From the NCBI GenBank assembly GCA_032718475.1, contig JAUCBJ010006817.1, positions 1 through 47,792 of the forward strand: 47,792 nt of DNA, in the 5' to 3' direction. How positions within the stretch are numbered: position 1 is the first letter of the stretch; each line of letters opens with the position of its first letter. The notes below the pieces were generated by a model. The model ran no database searches and was not told the DNA's origin. It saw only the letters and a program-made list of their open reading frames with translations. Position numbers and translations under genes: made by a program. The stretch comes from Nemertoderma westbladi (taxonomy: Eukaryota > Animalia > Xenacoelomorpha). Below, piece by piece: positions 46,101 to 47,792 of the stretch.

Positions 46101-47618
46101 TTATATTTGAGAGAACAGTATTTTTTTGTAAGTTCGGGAAAATGAAACTTTGGATTTCTTTTCCCGGATATAGGGTGGGATGACATTCCAGATCAGGGGG
46201 CCTTGGAAGCTTACGGATTGTTGGGTAGACGTGAGTCGGGCAGTTTGTATGTAATAATCGCCGCGAGAGGAAGAGCGAGTGAGGTACCTGTGTATTGATT
46301 CAGTTTTTCTAAAAAAATTTCCTATATCAGTAGTTCCGGATAGAGAGTTATTTACGTCATACATGAAGAGCGCTAGTTGATGTTTATATATTAGATTAAG
46401 AGGTAGAATGTGGAGTGTTTTGTAAATGGGATTTGAAGAGGCTTGATATTGAGAAAATGTTATACATCTTATTATTTTATTTATCTTAGTACGAAGCGGT
46501 TTTATTATAGAAGAGTACGTACTCCCCCACAGAATTAGTCCATAAGATAGGTAGGGGTGTATCAAAGTAAAGTACAGCTGACGTAGAATATTCAGAGGAA
46601 AGATATGGCGCAACCTATAAAAAATGCCTGAAGTTCTAGAAATTTTCTTAGTAATATATTTTATGTGAGGTTTCCATGACAGTTTATTGTCTACATAGAT
46701 GCCTAAGAATTTTGTACATTGGGATTTTTTTACATTATTGGAATTTATTTTTATTGGAGGTAAATTATCTAAATTATGCCGGTAGTTCGTATAAATAGTA
46801 TATTCAGTTTTGGAAAGATTTAGAGAGAGGCGATTATCGATCAACCAATCAGACAGCTTGTTCAATTCTAAATTAGTATCAGTAATTAGGTTCGTTATAT
46901 TGTTTGCTGACTGAAAGAGAGTCGTATCGTCGGCAAAGAGAGTAGTTAATAGGTTAGTACATTTAGGTAGGTCATTAATATATAGAAGAAATAGTAATGG
47001 TGACAGAACCCCGCCTTGCGGCACACCACAGGTTAGAGATAGAAGGGATGAATGATGATTAGAGATAGAAACAAATTGGAATCTAGATGATAAAAAACTA
47101 GTTATTAATTGTAAGGGGATGCCGCGAATACCGTAACATTCAAGTTTTTTGAGGAGAATCTCGTGATTGATGGTGTCAAATGCTTTTTTTAGGTCTATGT
47201 AAATGGCGCATGTTGAGTTCTTATCGTCTAAGGCCTGATGGATTTTTTCAACTACAGAAAGTAATGCATGAGATGTTGAGATTTTATGACGGAAACCATA
47301 TTGGGAGGATGAGAGAATTGAGAATTTATTGAGATATGAAAGTAACTGTGAATTGATTATTTGTTCTATTATTTTACTAAGTACAGGCAAAAGGGATATG
47401 GGTCTATAATTGTTTGGATCGGATGGGTCTTCAGATTTGAAAGATGGGATAATTTTCGCAATTTTAAGTGAATCTGGAAAAAAGCCGAGAGAGATGGAGA
47501 GGTTTATTAAGTAATTGAGATGGATAGAAATAGGTTGAGCTGCTAACATTATAAGTTTAGTTGGAAGAGTATCGTTAGAAGCGGATTTAGGATTGAGATG
47601 AAGAAGGTAGTATTGCAC
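46101..47618 (-). CDS. CR1/L2/Crack-group LINE reverse transcriptase, 5'-truncated but uninterrupted
   Basis: 505 aa: FPDSLKIAKIIP, NYRPISLL, QYGFR, IDLKKAFDT, GVPQGGVLSPLLF, FADDT, KFLGI. The element probably spans ~45968-47719 (weak TCTAGT flank match). Confidence 0.92.
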   Translation of the reverse strand: MQYYLLHLNPKSASNDTLPTKLIMLAAQPISIHLNYLINLSISLGFFPDSLKIAKIIPSFKSEDPSDPNNYRPISLLPVLSKIIEQIINSQLLSYLNKFSILSSSQYGFRHKISTSHALLSVVEKIHQALDDKNSTCAIYIDLKKAFDTINHEILLKKLECYGIRGIPLQLITSFLSSRFQFVSISNHHSSLLSLTCGVPQGGVLSPLLFLLYINDLPKCTNLLTTLFADDTTLFQSANNITNLITDTNLELNKLSDWLIDNRLSLNLSKTEYTIYTNYRHNLDNLPPIKINSNNVKKSQCTKFLGIYVDNKLSWKPHIKYITKKISRTSGIFYRLRHIFPLNILRQLYFTLIHPYLSYGLILWGSTYSSIIKPLRTKINKIIRCITFSQYQASSNPIYKTLHILPLNLIYKHQLALFMYDVNNSLSGTTDIGNFFRKTESIHRYLTRSSSRGDYYIQTARLTSTQQSVSFQGPLIWNVIPPYIREKKSKVSFSRTYKKILFSQI

Positions 47619-47792
47619 TTCTACAGGTGAAGTTTCTACTAATGAAAATGAGTTAGAATGTCTGTTAGAGTGTTGGATATGGCGCAGTGGGGAGCGGTTT
47701 GATGAAGGGATTTTGTTATTCTAGTTTGGGGAAGTACACATTCCCCCACCCTAACCCCCTCCCCCGTGTGAAAATAAACAAAATTATCAAAT

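Overview
AT-rich eukaryotic DNA, most likely from an invertebrate animal, made up almost entirely of nested transposable elements. No prokaryotic features, rRNA/tRNA genes or CRISPR arrays were found. The only intact host-type gene is a single-exon, secreted, GPI-anchor-type protein with 10 Cys and Ly6/three-finger-like motifs (8954-9580, minus). A young full-length BEL/Pao LTR retrotransposon (9828-16275; 494-bp LTRs differing at 2 sites; CTAAT TSD) sits about 250 bp upstream of it. The most interesting structure is a putative ~16.4-kb IS3EU-type DNA transposon (22803-39246, TATGG...CCATA ends, 33-34-bp subterminal array). It carries an intron-containing DDE transposase (minus) convergent with a spliced G2E3-like HECT E3 ubiquitin ligase cargo gene (plus). 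The ligase's catalytic SHTC motif can be reconstructed across a 1272-bp TGT...ACA insertion. Both genes are now pseudogenes. Nested inside are two Mutator-type MITEs (9-bp TSDs), an RTE LINE, a 696-bp triplication and a piggyBac remnant. The rest of the window holds RTE, CR1/Crack-like, Gypsy and Penelope fragments, two Penelope-type hammerhead-like motifs, a tRNA-derived SINE and several minisatellites. All calls come from reading motifs by eye; no database searches were run.
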